Origin: Sedimentisphaerales bacterium
Lineage (GTDB): Bacteria > Planctomycetota > Phycisphaerae > Sedimentisphaerales > Anaerobacaceae
Reading direction: 5' to 3'
Assembly: GCA_040772485.1 (NCBI GenBank)
Contig: JAXGYC010000009.1
Span: forward strand, 482,801 to 546,800
DNA: 64,000 nucleotides
The notes beneath the pieces were generated by a model that ran no database searches, was not told the origin of the DNA, and was given only the letters and a program-made list of their open reading frames with translations. Of this stretch, positions 1 to 9,665 are shown in pieces. Made by a program: the position numbers and the translations under genes. The stretch's first letter is position 1, and the number at the start of each line of letters is the position of its first letter.

Positions 1-900
1 GGCTGTCATGCGTCGACCATTGAGCAGACTCGCACGGGGCAGATCGTCGCGGCGTGGTTCGCCGGCGCCGACGAGGGCGAAGACGACGTCGGTATCTGGG
101 TCTCCCGTCTGATCGACCGCCAGTGGTCCAGGCCGACGGAAGTGGCCAACGGCGTGATGTCGGTGCAGAGGCGGTACCCCTGCTGGAATCCTGTGCTGTT
201 TCAGCCGAAGGATGGCCCTCTGGTGCTGTTCTTCAAGGTCGGGCCCACACCGAGCCAGTGGTGGGGTCAGTGGACCGCCTCGCACGATGGTGGAGACACC
301 TGGACGCCGCGGCAGTTGCTGCCCGGGCAGGTGATGGGTCCGATCAAGAACAAACCGATCCAACTCGACGATGGACGCATTCTCTGCCCGTCCAGCAGCG
401 AGCACCATGGCTGGCAGATTCACCTGGAGATCACCAATGACCTGAAGGACTGGCATGTCGTCGGCCCGCTGAACGACGGCCAGGCCATGCCGGTGATTCA
501 GCCGACCATCCTGAAGTATCGGGATGGGCGGCTCCAGATGCTCTGCCGCACGCGGGGCAAGGAGTTCATCGCCCAGACCTGGTCCCACGACGGCGGCCGC
601 TCCTGGAGTCCGTTGACCTCTACGAGTCTGCCTAACCCCAACTCGGGGATCGATGCGGTCACGCTGAGGGATGGGCGACAACTGCTCGTGTACAACCACA
701 CCACACAGGGCCGCAGCCCGCTGAACGTGGCGGTCTCGTCCGATGGGCAGAATTGGGACATGGCGCTGACCCTCGAAGACCAACCCGGCGAATACTCCTA
801 TCCCGCTGTCATCCAGACCGCCGACGGTCTCGTCCATACCACGTACACGTACCTGAGAAAGAGTATCAAGCACGTCGCCATCGATCCGGGCAAGCTGTGA
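1..900 (+). CDS. BNR/Asp-box sialidase-family (exo-alpha-sialidase-like) protein, 5'-partial
   Basis: Frame is open from base 1 (GCHASTIEQ...AAWFAG). Asp-boxes SHDGGDTW, SHDGGRSW and SSDGQNW; PNPNSGID; C-terminal EYSYPAVIQ. Confidence 0.8.
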   Translation, partial: GCHASTIEQTRTGQIVAAWFAGADEGEDDVGIWVSRLIDRQWSRPTEVANGVMSVQRRYPCWNPVLFQPKDGPLVLFFKVGPTPSQWWGQWTASHDGGDTWTPRQLLPGQVMGPIKNKPIQLDDGRILCPSSSEHHGWQIHLEITNDLKDWHVVGPLNDGQAMPVIQPTILKYRDGRLQMLCRTRGKEFIAQTWSHDGGRSWSPLTSTSLPNPNSGIDAVTLRDGRQLLVYNHTTQGRSPLNVAVSSDGQNWDMALTLEDQPGEYSYPAVIQTADGLVHTTYTYLRKSIKHVAIDPGKL

Positions 901-1057
901 GGCCATCGGTGGATTCTCCTGCCTGGAGCATTTGCGATAATTGCGCAAACTCCGCGCGCTCGGCCGACGTAGAGACACCACAGGACTCATAGGATGCACA
1001 CGACCTGTGCCGAACGCCTTGCGTGTTCGGGTGGCGCTTCAGGGAAGGAGAACGGCA

Positions 1058-2329
1058 ATGATTGACACGGAAGCAATTGCCGAACTGGCATATGATCTGG
1101 CCCGTCGTGACTTCTCCCATCAGTTCGGTGGCCCCGAGCTGGGGTTTCGCGAGAAACCAATCTGGCAGAAGGTGCGCGCGCTGGGCACTCGATTGTGGCT
1201 GGACACCGGGGATATCGACGAGGCCAAAACGCTTTGGTGTTGTGAATTCGAGGCGTTGACAACCAACAACACGCTGCTCAACAAGGAGATTCAGAAGGGG
1301 CTGTACGACGGATTCGTCCGCGAAGTGGCCAAAGCGATTCGGCGGGTGGCGCCCGGGATTGACGAGTCGCCGTATTCCTCGGGACTGATACTGGAGATCG
1401 CGTTTGTCCTGAACGCCTACCACGCCCTGCGACTGGTCGAGATGTTCGATGCGCACGTGAGCGTGGAACTGCACACGGATCTCGGTCACGATGTGGAGCG
1501 TTCGGTCGCGTACGGCAGGCGGTACTACGACATCTGCCCGGAGCGGTTCCACGTGAAGGTGCCGCTGACGGCGGCCGGCCTGCTGGCGGCGCGAAGGCTT
1601 GGAGCCGAAGGCATCCCGGTCAACTTCACTCTGGGCTTCTCCGCCCGGCAGAATTACGCCGCCGCCCTGATCGCCCAGCCGCGGTTCGTCAACGTCTTCA
1701 TGGGCAGGCTCAATGCCTTTGTCGCCGACAACGGGCTGGGCGACGGGCGAAACGTTGGGGAGAAGGCGACGCTGGCGACGCAACGGATGCTGATCGGCCT
1801 GAGGGACGCCGGTCGGACGCGCTCGCTCTTGATCGGCGCCAGTATGCGCGATGGCTCGCAGGTCGCGGCACTGGCGGGGCTCGACGTCCTGACGATGCCC
1901 ACGAAGGCGGCGGCGCAATACGAAGAGAGCCCCGCCTCGCGGTTGTCGCCCCAGATTGACGCCGACCCGGACGTTCAATTGGCGGACGGCATCCGCTTCG
2001 AGGACTTCGACGCCGCGACGCTCTGGAACGTCCCTCAGGCGTTCAAGGGCTGCGTCGAAGGCCTCCTGCGCGAGGATGTGGACAGCATGACCCCCGAGGA
2101 CGTACAGTCCCATTTTGCCCGGCATGGCTTCGAGGATTTCCTGCCGGAATGGTCGGCGGAAGACATTGACACGGCGACGGCCGACGGGAAGATTCCTGTC
2201 CTGGCGAGATGGCAGAAGCGGCTCCTGCGAGGCGACGTCGGTCTCGACGCTCTGATGAATCTCAGTGCGTTTGGCGCCTTCGCCACCGACCAGAGGGCCC
2301 TGGATGACCGCATCCGATCGCTGATCTGA
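1058..2329 (+). CDS. Transaldolase family protein (long variant)
   Basis: LWLDTGD, TTNNTLLN, VKVPLT (Schiff-base Lys), VNFTLGFS, NVFMGRL, ASMR; RBS AAGGAG before ATG 1058. Confidence 0.8.
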   Translation: MIDTEAIAELAYDLARRDFSHQFGGPELGFREKPIWQKVRALGTRLWLDTGDIDEAKTLWCCEFEALTTNNTLLNKEIQKGLYDGFVREVAKAIRRVAPGIDESPYSSGLILEIAFVLNAYHALRLVEMFDAHVSVELHTDLGHDVERSVAYGRRYYDICPERFHVKVPLTAAGLLAARRLGAEGIPVNFTLGFSARQNYAAALIAQPRFVNVFMGRLNAFVADNGLGDGRNVGEKATLATQRMLIGLRDAGRTRSLLIGASMRDGSQVAALAGLDVLTMPTKAAAQYEESPASRLSPQIDADPDVQLADGIRFEDFDAATLWNVPQAFKGCVEGLLREDVDSMTPEDVQSHFARHGFEDFLPEWSAEDIDTATADGKIPVLARWQKRLLRGDVGLDALMNLSAFGAFATDQRALDDRIRSLI

Positions 2330-2496
2330 GCTGTTGGGCTCGGATGGCCAACCCGGCGATCGCGTACAGGCAGCCTGTTTTCGCCAAATCTCCGCTCTTA
2401 GCGCTTTTCGAGCATCCACCCCGGCTGTAGAATACCTGTCGGCACCTGCGGTTCTCGGTGCATTGCCCTGTGGACAGGGATGGGATTGGGGCAGGT

Positions 2497-3636
2497 ATGA
2501 TTGGGATTGTTTCCAAGCCGGACACGCGGGACAAGCTTGAGATTCTCAGCTCCGATGCGCAGTATGACTTGGCCTGCGCCTGCGGGACGAACAGGGAGGA
2601 AGGTCGTCGTCGTGGCCAGGACGGCCGATGGATCTACCCGGTCACGCTGCCCAACGGCGGACGGAGCGTCCTGTTCAAGAGCCTGATCTCGAACGTCTGC
2701 ACCAACGACTGCAAGTATTGTCCGCTCCGGGAGCAGCAGGACATTCGCCGGTGCAGCCTCAGTCCGGAGGAGACTGCGCGGGTGTTTCTGGATTACTACC
2801 GCCGCAAGAAAGTCTTCGGCCTGTTCCTCAGCTCCGGCGTCATCGGTTCGCCCGATGCGACGATGGACCAGCTCACCACCACCGCCCGACTGCTGCGCCG
2901 CCGGCACGGGTTCAAGGGATACATTCACCTGAAGGTCATTCCCGGCTCCAGCGCCGCGGCCATCGAAGAAGCCGTCTCGCTGGCCAGCGTCGTTTCTCTG
3001 AACATCGAAACCCCGGGGCACAAGCACCTTGCCAGGCTTTCGAGCCGCAAGAACTACGTCCGCGACATCATCGAACCGATCAAGCTGATCAGCCGCCTGA
3101 CGGCGCAGGGGACGCGACTTGCCAGGGTCAAACAGACCACGCAGTTCATCGTCGGGGCCGCCGGGGAATCGGACGCCGAGATCGTCAAGTACATGGGCGG
3201 CCTTTATGACCGCCTGCGGATGCAGCGCATCTACTTCAGCGCCTACCAGCGGGGCGTCGGCGATGCCTCACTGGACGGCGGGATCGACGCAGGATGCGAT
3301 CCGGCGCAGGCCTTCGTCCGGGAGCATCGCCTTTACCAAGTGGATTTCCTCCTGCGCAAGTACGGTTTCAGAGACGGTGATATCCTGTTCGATCCCCAGG
3401 GTCGTCTTTCACTCGACGCCGATCCGAAGGAGGTCTGGGCGCGGAGCCACCCGGAGCGGTTTCCATTGGATGTGAACCGCGCTACGCGTCTGGAACTGCT
3501 TCGCGTGCCCGGGCTGGGGCCGTTGACCGTCGACCGCATCATCGAACAACGGGCCACCCGGCGGATCCGAAGGCTTGAGGAGATTGGCCGCGTCGGCGCC
3601 AGGCTCGGCAAGGCCGGGAGCTATCTGATCTTCTGA
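2497..3636 (+). CDS. Putative DNA modification/repair radical SAM protein with C-terminal helix-hairpin-helix (TIGR03916-like)
   Basis: YDLACAC, CTNDCKYC, GLFLSSG, GYIHLK, REHRLYQVDFLLRKYGF, LLRVPGLG HhH. Confidence 0.85.
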   Translation: MIGIVSKPDTRDKLEILSSDAQYDLACACGTNREEGRRRGQDGRWIYPVTLPNGGRSVLFKSLISNVCTNDCKYCPLREQQDIRRCSLSPEETARVFLDYYRRKKVFGLFLSSGVIGSPDATMDQLTTTARLLRRRHGFKGYIHLKVIPGSSAAAIEEAVSLASVVSLNIETPGHKHLARLSSRKNYVRDIIEPIKLISRLTAQGTRLARVKQTTQFIVGAAGESDAEIVKYMGGLYDRLRMQRIYFSAYQRGVGDASLDGGIDAGCDPAQAFVREHRLYQVDFLLRKYGFRDGDILFDPQGRLSLDADPKEVWARSHPERFPLDVNRATRLELLRVPGLGPLTVDRIIEQRATRRIRRLEEIGRVGARLGKAGSYLIF

Positions 3637-3645
3637 AGATTTTCG

Positions 3646-3673
3646 TTGCCAAGGTGTTGGTGCTCTTTATAAT
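3646..3673 (+). promoter_or_regulatory. Sigma70-like promoter for the arginine decarboxylase locus
   Basis: TTGCCA-N16-TATAAT in an AT-rich gap upstream of ATG 3741. Confidence 0.55.
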
Positions 3674-3740
3674 TCGCTGCCTGTTCGGATGTTAGGTGGA
3701 CAGGCCTACAGGTCTTCAAGAAGTGGAAAAGGAGGTGAAA

Positions 3741-4295
3741 ATGCAGAACATGGTTCCCTCGAAGGTCTTTCTGACCAAGGGTGTCGGACGACACAAGTAC
3801 CAGCTCAAGTCGTTCGAGGAAGCCCTGAGAAAGGCCGGCGTGGCCCAGCAGAACCTGGTCCAGGTCTCCTCGATTCTGCCCCCCAAATGCAAGATCATCA
3901 GTCGAGAGAGAGGTTTGGCTGAACTGACACCAGGGGAGATATGCTTCTGCGTGATGGCCCGCGCCGACACCGACGAGCATGGTCGCCTGGTCGCCGCTTC
4001 GGTGGGCATCGCCGTTCCGAAAGACGGAAGAAAATGGGGGTATCTCAGCGAGGTGCACGGCCACGGCATGGACCAGCACGTAGCCGCCGACCTGGCGGAG
4101 GACCTGGCCGCCGGCATGCTCGGAACCACACTCGGCCTGGAGGTCGATCCGAACAAGGCCTGGTCGGAAAAGGAACAGGTCTACAAATCCAGCGGGCTGA
4201 TCATTCGCACCTCGAACATTACGCAGACCGCCCGGGGCAAGAGAGACCTCTGGACGACGGTGGTGGCGATCGCGATGTTCATCTTCGACCGATAG
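3741..4295 (+). CDS. pdaD: Pyruvoyl-dependent arginine decarboxylase
   Basis: KVFLTKGVG..LKSFEEALRKAGV..NLVQVSSILPP (Ser-Ser autocleavage site), GYLSEVH, WTTVVA; RBS AGGAGG. Confidence 0.88.
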   Translation: MQNMVPSKVFLTKGVGRHKYQLKSFEEALRKAGVAQQNLVQVSSILPPKCKIISRERGLAELTPGEICFCVMARADTDEHGRLVAASVGIAVPKDGRKWGYLSEVHGHGMDQHVAADLAEDLAAGMLGTTLGLEVDPNKAWSEKEQVYKSSGLIIRTSNITQTARGKRDLWTTVVAIAMFIFDR

Positions 4296-4324
4296 CTACC
4301 GGTTGTCTGTCCCTGTGATGACGC

Positions 4325-4351
4325 GTAGGGGCGAATGATCCTTCGCCCCTA
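4325..4351 (+). repeat. REP-like GTAG palindrome, family A
   Basis: GTAGGGGCGAATGATCCTTCGCCCCTA; related copies at 11526, 20416, 26644 and 29794. Confidence 0.75.
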
Positions 4352-4445
4352 TCATCGGCCTGGGGGGATAGTCTGGATACAAAAGGCAACCGACATCCGT
4401 GGCCAGGCAGGCTACGATCGGACCAATGCGATAGGGTGCAAAGAC

Positions 4446-5486
4446 ATGAAGAAGAAGGACCTGCTCCAAGAGCTTGTTGAACACGTCGATATCAAGACCT
4501 TCGATTCCACCGCTATTGTCGAAGCGATGCACAAGATGTCATTCACGGCCAGGGACACCGCCCGGGCCGCAGAGATCCTGTGCACGATGATCGAAGACAA
4601 GGCCTGTACGATCATGCTGTGCATCGCCGGAAGCACCAGTGCCGGCGGATGCATGCAGGTCTACATCGACATGGTCCGGCACAACATGGTCGACGCGATC
4701 GTCGCGACCGGAGCCACGATCGTCGACATGGACTTCTTCGAGGCCATCGGGTTTCGGCACTACAAAGGAAGCCCGTTCGTGGACGACAACAAGCTCCGGG
4801 AGCTGTACATCGACCGGATCTATGACACGTTCATCGACGAGGAACAGCTCCAGGTCTGCGACGAGACGATTAAGAAGATCGCCGACGGCCTGGAGAAGCG
4901 GCCCCATTCGTCACGCGAATTCATCCGAGAGATGGGCAAGTACCTGACCCGGCACGCCAAGAAGAAAGACTCGCTGGTCCAGGCGGCCTACGAGTGCGAC
5001 GTGCCGATCTTCTGCCCGGCCTTCTCCGACTCCAGCGCGGGCTTCGGTCTCGTCAAGCACCAGGTCGAGAATCCCGACCGGCACGTCTCGATCGACTCGG
5101 TGAAGGATTTCCGGGAACTGACGGAGATCAAAATACGTTCCAACGTCTCCGGGCTGTTCATGATCGGCGGTGGGGTGCCCAAGAACTTTGCCCAGGACAC
5201 CGTGGTCTGCGCCGAGGTGCTCGGACATTCGGTGGACATGCACAAGTACGCCGTGCAGATCACTGTGGCCGACGTCCGCGATGGCGCCTGCTCCAGCTCC
5301 ACGTTGAAAGAGGCTTCCTCGTGGGGCAAGGTGGACACCGGGTGCGAGCAGATGGTCTACGCGGAGGCGACGAGCGTGGTGCCCCTGATCGTCAGCTATG
5401 CCTACCACCGGCGCGGCTGGGAACAGCGGGCCCGCAGACAGTGTGCCAGGTTCTTCGAGCCGGTTCCCACAGGAGAGCGGAAATGA
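4446..5486 (+). CDS. Deoxyhypusine synthase-like protein (SpeY-type, homospermidine pathway)
   Basis: LRELYIDRIYDT, FCPAFSDSSAGFG, IGGGVPKNFAQD, DGACSSSTLKEASSWGKV (active-site Lys kept). Confidence 0.85.
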   Translation: MKKKDLLQELVEHVDIKTFDSTAIVEAMHKMSFTARDTARAAEILCTMIEDKACTIMLCIAGSTSAGGCMQVYIDMVRHNMVDAIVATGATIVDMDFFEAIGFRHYKGSPFVDDNKLRELYIDRIYDTFIDEEQLQVCDETIKKIADGLEKRPHSSREFIREMGKYLTRHAKKKDSLVQAAYECDVPIFCPAFSDSSAGFGLVKHQVENPDRHVSIDSVKDFRELTEIKIRSNVSGLFMIGGGVPKNFAQDTVVCAEVLGHSVDMHKYAVQITVADVRDGACSSSTLKEASSWGKVDTGCEQMVYAEATSVVPLIVSYAYHRRGWEQRARRQCARFFEPVPTGERK

Positions 5487-6001
5487 CAGGACGGTTGAAG
5501 GCGGTGGCCTCCACGACAGGGGTGTTGCTCCTGACGGCGGCCCTGCTGGTCACGCCTGGATGTGGTGACAGCGACCTCGAGAAGGCCCAGAAGGATGCCC
5601 GCGAGGCCAAGGCCACGGTCAAGAAGCTCGAACTGAGTCTGGAGCGAGCGAGGCGGGAAATCTCCGATTTGAAGAGCGAACTGGGCGTGGTGCGCCAGAC
5701 CCGCGACGAGCTTCAGAAACAGGTCGATCAACTGGCTCAGGAGCGAGACAAGGCCGCCACCCTGGCGCAGCAGGCCGAGCAGGTGATCACGCATCTGAGT
5801 ACGCGCGCCGAAGGCCAAGTCAGTGCGACGGCCGTGCTGCGGAAACAGATCGACGACCTCAAAGCGGTGGTCGCCGACCAGCAGGCTCTGATCGAGCAGT
5901 TGCAGAAGGGCGGCCTGCCCGAGGCGGCTGCCCCGGACCAGGCGGAAGCCGCCGATACGACCGACGCCAACGAGCCTGTGGAAGGCGGGCCCGGCGTGTA
6001 A
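5483..6001 (+). CDS. Coiled-coil lipoprotein, unknown function
   Basis: ATGA overlap with the upstream gene; hydrophobic signal with lipobox-like TPGC; long heptad-rich helix; acidic tail. Confidence 0.65.
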   Translation: MTGRLKAVASTTGVLLLTAALLVTPGCGDSDLEKAQKDAREAKATVKKLELSLERARREISDLKSELGVVRQTRDELQKQVDQLAQERDKAATLAQQAEQVITHLSTRAEGQVSATAVLRKQIDDLKAVVADQQALIEQLQKGGLPEAAAPDQAEAADTTDANEPVEGGPGV

Positions 6002-6006
6002 CGCCT

Positions 6007-6053
6007 GTAGGGCGAGTGTCCCCGCTTGCCCGGTCGTGCGTGGTCGCACGACC
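6007..6053 (+). terminator. Two tandem GC-rich hairpins (terminator or REP-like)
   Basis: GTAG-GGGCGAGTG-TCCC-CGCTTGCCC followed by the perfect stem GGTCGTGCG-TGGT-CGCACGACC just after the stop at 6001. Confidence 0.4.
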
Positions 6054-6337
6054 TTGGCGTGTGTAATCGCATTGCGAATCCCGCCTGGGCCCAACGTGTC
6101 GCCAGAACGCTGTTTGCCGCGAGGTGCAGTCGCACACAGGCCCCACTTATTGCAGGAATCTTGCCGTCTCAGAGTCTGCGCGGAGAGGACAGAGGTCTCC
6201 CTCATGGAGTTTGTCCTTGCACGATCCCGAGGCCTTTGTAGCATGAGGGCTGAGCCGAACAACACCGGTTGATCGCCTGTGACGCCCCGGACAGGCTGCG
6301 TCGCAGCACGAGAGGTCTTGTCATGGAGGGCACGGAC

Positions 6338-7399
6338 ATGTGGGAGATTCTGTTGAGCTGGCAGAGATGGCTCTGGCCCATTGTCGTCGTGCTGCTTGCG
6401 GCCGGGGCCGCTGTGGTCTGTCATTTCATTGTCGTCAGAGTTTTGGGGCACTTCGCTCGACGCAGCAGCTCTCCGATCGATGAAGTGCTGCTCAAACACC
6501 TGCGCCGCCCGGCTCGCTGGATCATGGTGGCGGTGGCCATTCGCCTGGCGATCGATCCGCTCGGATTGCCTGTCGGAGTCGAGAGTTCGGCCAAGACGGT
6601 CTTCGGTCTGGTCCTCATCGTGCTTGTCTCCTGGGTGCTCATCAAGGCGACCTACGTTCTCAACGACGTGTTGGCGCTGCGTTTCAAGCTCGATGTCAAG
6701 GACAACTTGCGGGCCCGGAAGATCCACACGCAGTTGAAAGTCCTCCGTCGCATCATCGTCATCATCATCGTCATCATCGCCTCGGCGTCCATGTTGATGA
6801 CGTTTCCGAAGGTCCGACAGCTCGGCACGGCCATCTTCGCCTCGGCCGGCATCATTGGGATCGTGGTCGGTCTGGCGGCCCAGAAGACGATCGGGACGTT
6901 CATCGCGGGGCTGCAAATCGCCTTCACGCAACCGATCCGTCTGGACGACGTGGTGATCGTCGAAGGCGAGTGGGGCCGGATCGAGGAGATCACGCTGACC
7001 TACGTCGTCGTACGAATCTGGGACCTGCGGCGGCTGATCGTACCGATCACGTATTTCATCGAGAAGCCGTTCCAGAACTGGACGCGCATCTCGGCCGACA
7101 TCCTCGGAACGGTGTTCCTGTACGTCGACCACACCGTCCCGATCGACGCCGTCCGCGCGGAGTTCCAGAGGATTCTGGAAGGCTCCGCGTCGTGGGACCG
7201 CAAGGTCTGCGTGTTGCAGGTGACCAACACCTCTGAACGGACCGTCGAGCTACGTGCCCTGATGAGCGCCGCAGATGCTTCGCTGGCCTGGGACCTCCGA
7301 TGCGAGGTCCGCGAGAAGCTCGTCGACTTCATCCGCAGAGAGTATCCGCACGCGTTGCCCAGACTCCGCGCCGAACTGGAGAAAGGAGAATGCCCGTGA
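6338..7399 (+). CDS. Small-conductance mechanosensitive channel (MscS family)
   Basis: TM segments, GLAAQKTIGTFIAGLQIAFTQPIRLDDVV, GRIEEITLTYVVVRIWD..PFQNWTR; alternative start 6323. Confidence 0.9.
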   Translation: MWEILLSWQRWLWPIVVVLLAAGAAVVCHFIVVRVLGHFARRSSSPIDEVLLKHLRRPARWIMVAVAIRLAIDPLGLPVGVESSAKTVFGLVLIVLVSWVLIKATYVLNDVLALRFKLDVKDNLRARKIHTQLKVLRRIIVIIIVIIASASMLMTFPKVRQLGTAIFASAGIIGIVVGLAAQKTIGTFIAGLQIAFTQPIRLDDVVIVEGEWGRIEEITLTYVVVRIWDLRRLIVPITYFIEKPFQNWTRISADILGTVFLYVDHTVPIDAVRAEFQRILEGSASWDRKVCVLQVTNTSERTVELRALMSAADASLAWDLRCEVREKLVDFIRREYPHALPRLRAELEKGECP

Positions 7400-7620
7400 A
7401 AATCGAGAAGAAGGACAAGATCAAGCTCGTCGCTCTGGTGGTCGTCGCGGTCATGGCGATCATCATCTTCCTGCAAAATACGGAAATGGCCGAAGCGCGG
7501 ATCTTCTTCCTGCGGATCGAGATGTCGCGTGCGCTACTGCTCATACTGACCTTCGCTCTCGGCCTGCTCACCGGCATTCTGGTGGCCGTGAACTTCCTGA
7601 GAAGGAAGACCAAACCATGA
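7396..7620 (+). CDS. LapA/DUF1049-like small membrane protein
   Basis: Two TM helices around an FLQNT motif, basic C-terminus; GTGA overlap with mscS. Confidence 0.65.
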   Translation: MKIEKKDKIKLVALVVVAVMAIIIFLQNTEMAEARIFFLRIEMSRALLLILTFALGLLTGILVAVNFLRRKTKP

Positions 7621-7689
7621 CACAGATCCTTGCGTTCGTGCCGAGAGTGTCCGGGTGGACGAGTTGCCATTAGAAGGGACGCGTTGAAT

Positions 7690-8775
7690 ATGGGTGCCAA
7701 GCCGAAGTCGAGGCGCAAAGCGGTTGCGAGACGCTCGAAGAAGGCCGGGTTGCCGCCGGGAACCCTCGTCTACACGGGGGAACAGCAGGTCGAGTCGGTT
7801 CGGATCACCATCATCGATTATGATGAGCAGCACGTGCAGGAAAGGCAGGTGGCCTCGACCGAGGAGTGTCTTCCTTTCCGCGCCACGCCCACCGTTACGT
7901 GGATCAACGTCGACGGTCTGCACGACGTCAGTGTGATCGAGAACCTCGGCAAGGCCTTCGACCTCCATCCTTTGCTTCTCGAAGACGTCCTCAGCACGGC
8001 CCAGCGCCCGAAGTTCGAGGACTACGAAAAGCACCTCTTCGTCGTGCTGCGGATGCTCCACTTCGGTGACGATCTCCCGACGATTGAGACCGAGCAGGTC
8101 AGCCTGATCGTGGGACCCAACTTTGTGCTGACGTTTCAGGAGCGGGTCGGTGATGTCTTCGATGTCGTTCGCGACCGCATCCGCAGCGGCAAGGGTCGGG
8201 TCCGCCGATTCGGCGCCGATTATCTTGCCTACTCCCTGTTGGATGCGATCGTCGACAGCTACTTCGCTGTCCTCGAAAAGGTGGGCGAGAAGATCGAAGA
8301 CCTGGAGGAGGAGCTGGTCAGCGACCCGAACCAGACGACGCTTCGCCGGATTCACGGCCTCAAGCGAGAGATGATCAACCTGCGCCGGTCCATCTGGCCG
8401 TTGCGCGAGCTGGTCAACGGCCTGCAACGCAGTGAATCGACCTTGATCACCAAATCGACAAGCGTCTATCTTCGCGACGTCTACGACCATACCATCCACA
8501 TCATCGACACGATCGAAAGCTATCGTGACATGATCTCGGGCATGCTCGACATCTACTTGTCGAGCGTCAGCAATCGGATGAATGCTGTGATGAAGGTGCT
8601 GACCATCATCGCGACGCTGTTCATCCCGTTGACCTTCATCGCCGGGGTCTACGGCATGAACTTTGAGCACATGCCGGAGTTGCGATGGCGATACGGATAT
8701 GCCGTCGTATGGGCGGTGATGATCGTCGTGGCCGCGATCATGCTGGTGTATTTCCGCCGGAAGAGATGGCTCTGA
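7690..8775 (+). CDS. corA: Magnesium/cobalt transporter CorA
   Basis: GLPPGTLVYTG, HPLLLEDV..QRPK, YGMNF..MPEL signature. Confidence 0.95.
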   Translation: MGAKPKSRRKAVARRSKKAGLPPGTLVYTGEQQVESVRITIIDYDEQHVQERQVASTEECLPFRATPTVTWINVDGLHDVSVIENLGKAFDLHPLLLEDVLSTAQRPKFEDYEKHLFVVLRMLHFGDDLPTIETEQVSLIVGPNFVLTFQERVGDVFDVVRDRIRSGKGRVRRFGADYLAYSLLDAIVDSYFAVLEKVGEKIEDLEEELVSDPNQTTLRRIHGLKREMINLRRSIWPLRELVNGLQRSESTLITKSTSVYLRDVYDHTIHIIDTIESYRDMISGMLDIYLSSVSNRMNAVMKVLTIIATLFIPLTFIAGVYGMNFEHMPELRWRYGYAVVWAVMIVVAAIMLVYFRRKRWL

Positions 8776-8942
8776 CGCGGCCGCAGGGTGCGACAGAAAG
8801 GGCTTGCCGAATCCCGCCGGAACGGATATGACAGAGACCGCGGTTGGTCGTCCCAACGAACGATGTCGGCTCGGTGCAGCAGATCGCCGTGGGGAAACGT
8901 TCCCGGATCCCTTGTGAACGAACGTATCGAATCCAGTTTGCC

Positions 8943-9551
8943 ATGATGTCTATAGTCGCCTCGCTGACGGAATCCAACCTCTTCGCCTGGGGGATCTTGC
9001 CTGCGTTGATCTTCCTGGCGAGAATCTGCGACGTGACCCTGGGGACGGTGCGTCTGATCTTCGTCTCCCGGGGTTTCAAGTATCTGGCGCCGGTGGCTGG
9101 TTTCTTCGAGGTGCTGATCTGGATTCTTGCGATCGGCCAGATCATGCAGAACCTCTCGAACTGGATCTGCTACCTGGCCTATGCGGGCGGCTTCGCCACG
9201 GGCAACTACGTGGGCATGCGCGTGGCCGAGAAGCTGTCGCTGGGGATCGTGCTGATCCGCATCATCACGCAGAGGGGGGCCCATGCCTTGGTGGATCGTC
9301 TGCGAAAGAGCGACTACGGCGTGACCAGCCTGGACGGCGAGGGGGCCGCCGGCCCGGTGCAGGTCATTTTCACCATCGTGCCTCGGCGGGAGGTCGGCGC
9401 GGTCGTGGAACTGGTCAAGGCGTACAATCCGAAGGCGTTCTACTCCATCGAGGAGGTGGGCTTCGTGGAAAAAGGCGTCTTTCCCGTCAAGAAGGACTGT
9501 CGCTTCATCGGGCTGGAGCGGTTTCTCAGACCGTTTCGCAAGGGCAAATAG
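8943..9551 (+). CDS. DUF2179/DUF5698 (UPF0316) membrane protein
   Basis: IFLARICDVTLGTVR, GFFEVLIW, YAGGFATGNYVG, C-terminal PII-like part YGVT..GEG..NPKAFYSIEEV. Confidence 0.85.
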   Translation: MMSIVASLTESNLFAWGILPALIFLARICDVTLGTVRLIFVSRGFKYLAPVAGFFEVLIWILAIGQIMQNLSNWICYLAYAGGFATGNYVGMRVAEKLSLGIVLIRIITQRGAHALVDRLRKSDYGVTSLDGEGAAGPVQVIFTIVPRREVGAVVELVKAYNPKAFYSIEEVGFVEKGVFPVKKDCRFIGLERFLRPFRKGK

Positions 9552-9665
9552 CACGACAGGGCTATCCACGAAGGCTGCCGGCGTGTACAATACCGCCCTT
9601 TGTGATCGGGCCGAGGCGTCGGTTCGGCGGAACGAACGGAGTGGACAGGGAAAAAGGTCTCCTGC

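Noticed and set aside
6031..6092. Possible ZTP (pfl) riboswitch: CCGCCTGGGC plus an upstream TGGCG
   Set aside because: Lacks the GTGG..CCAC stem and GGGAG, and it precedes mscS rather than a purine or folate gene. Nothing similar lies before purH.
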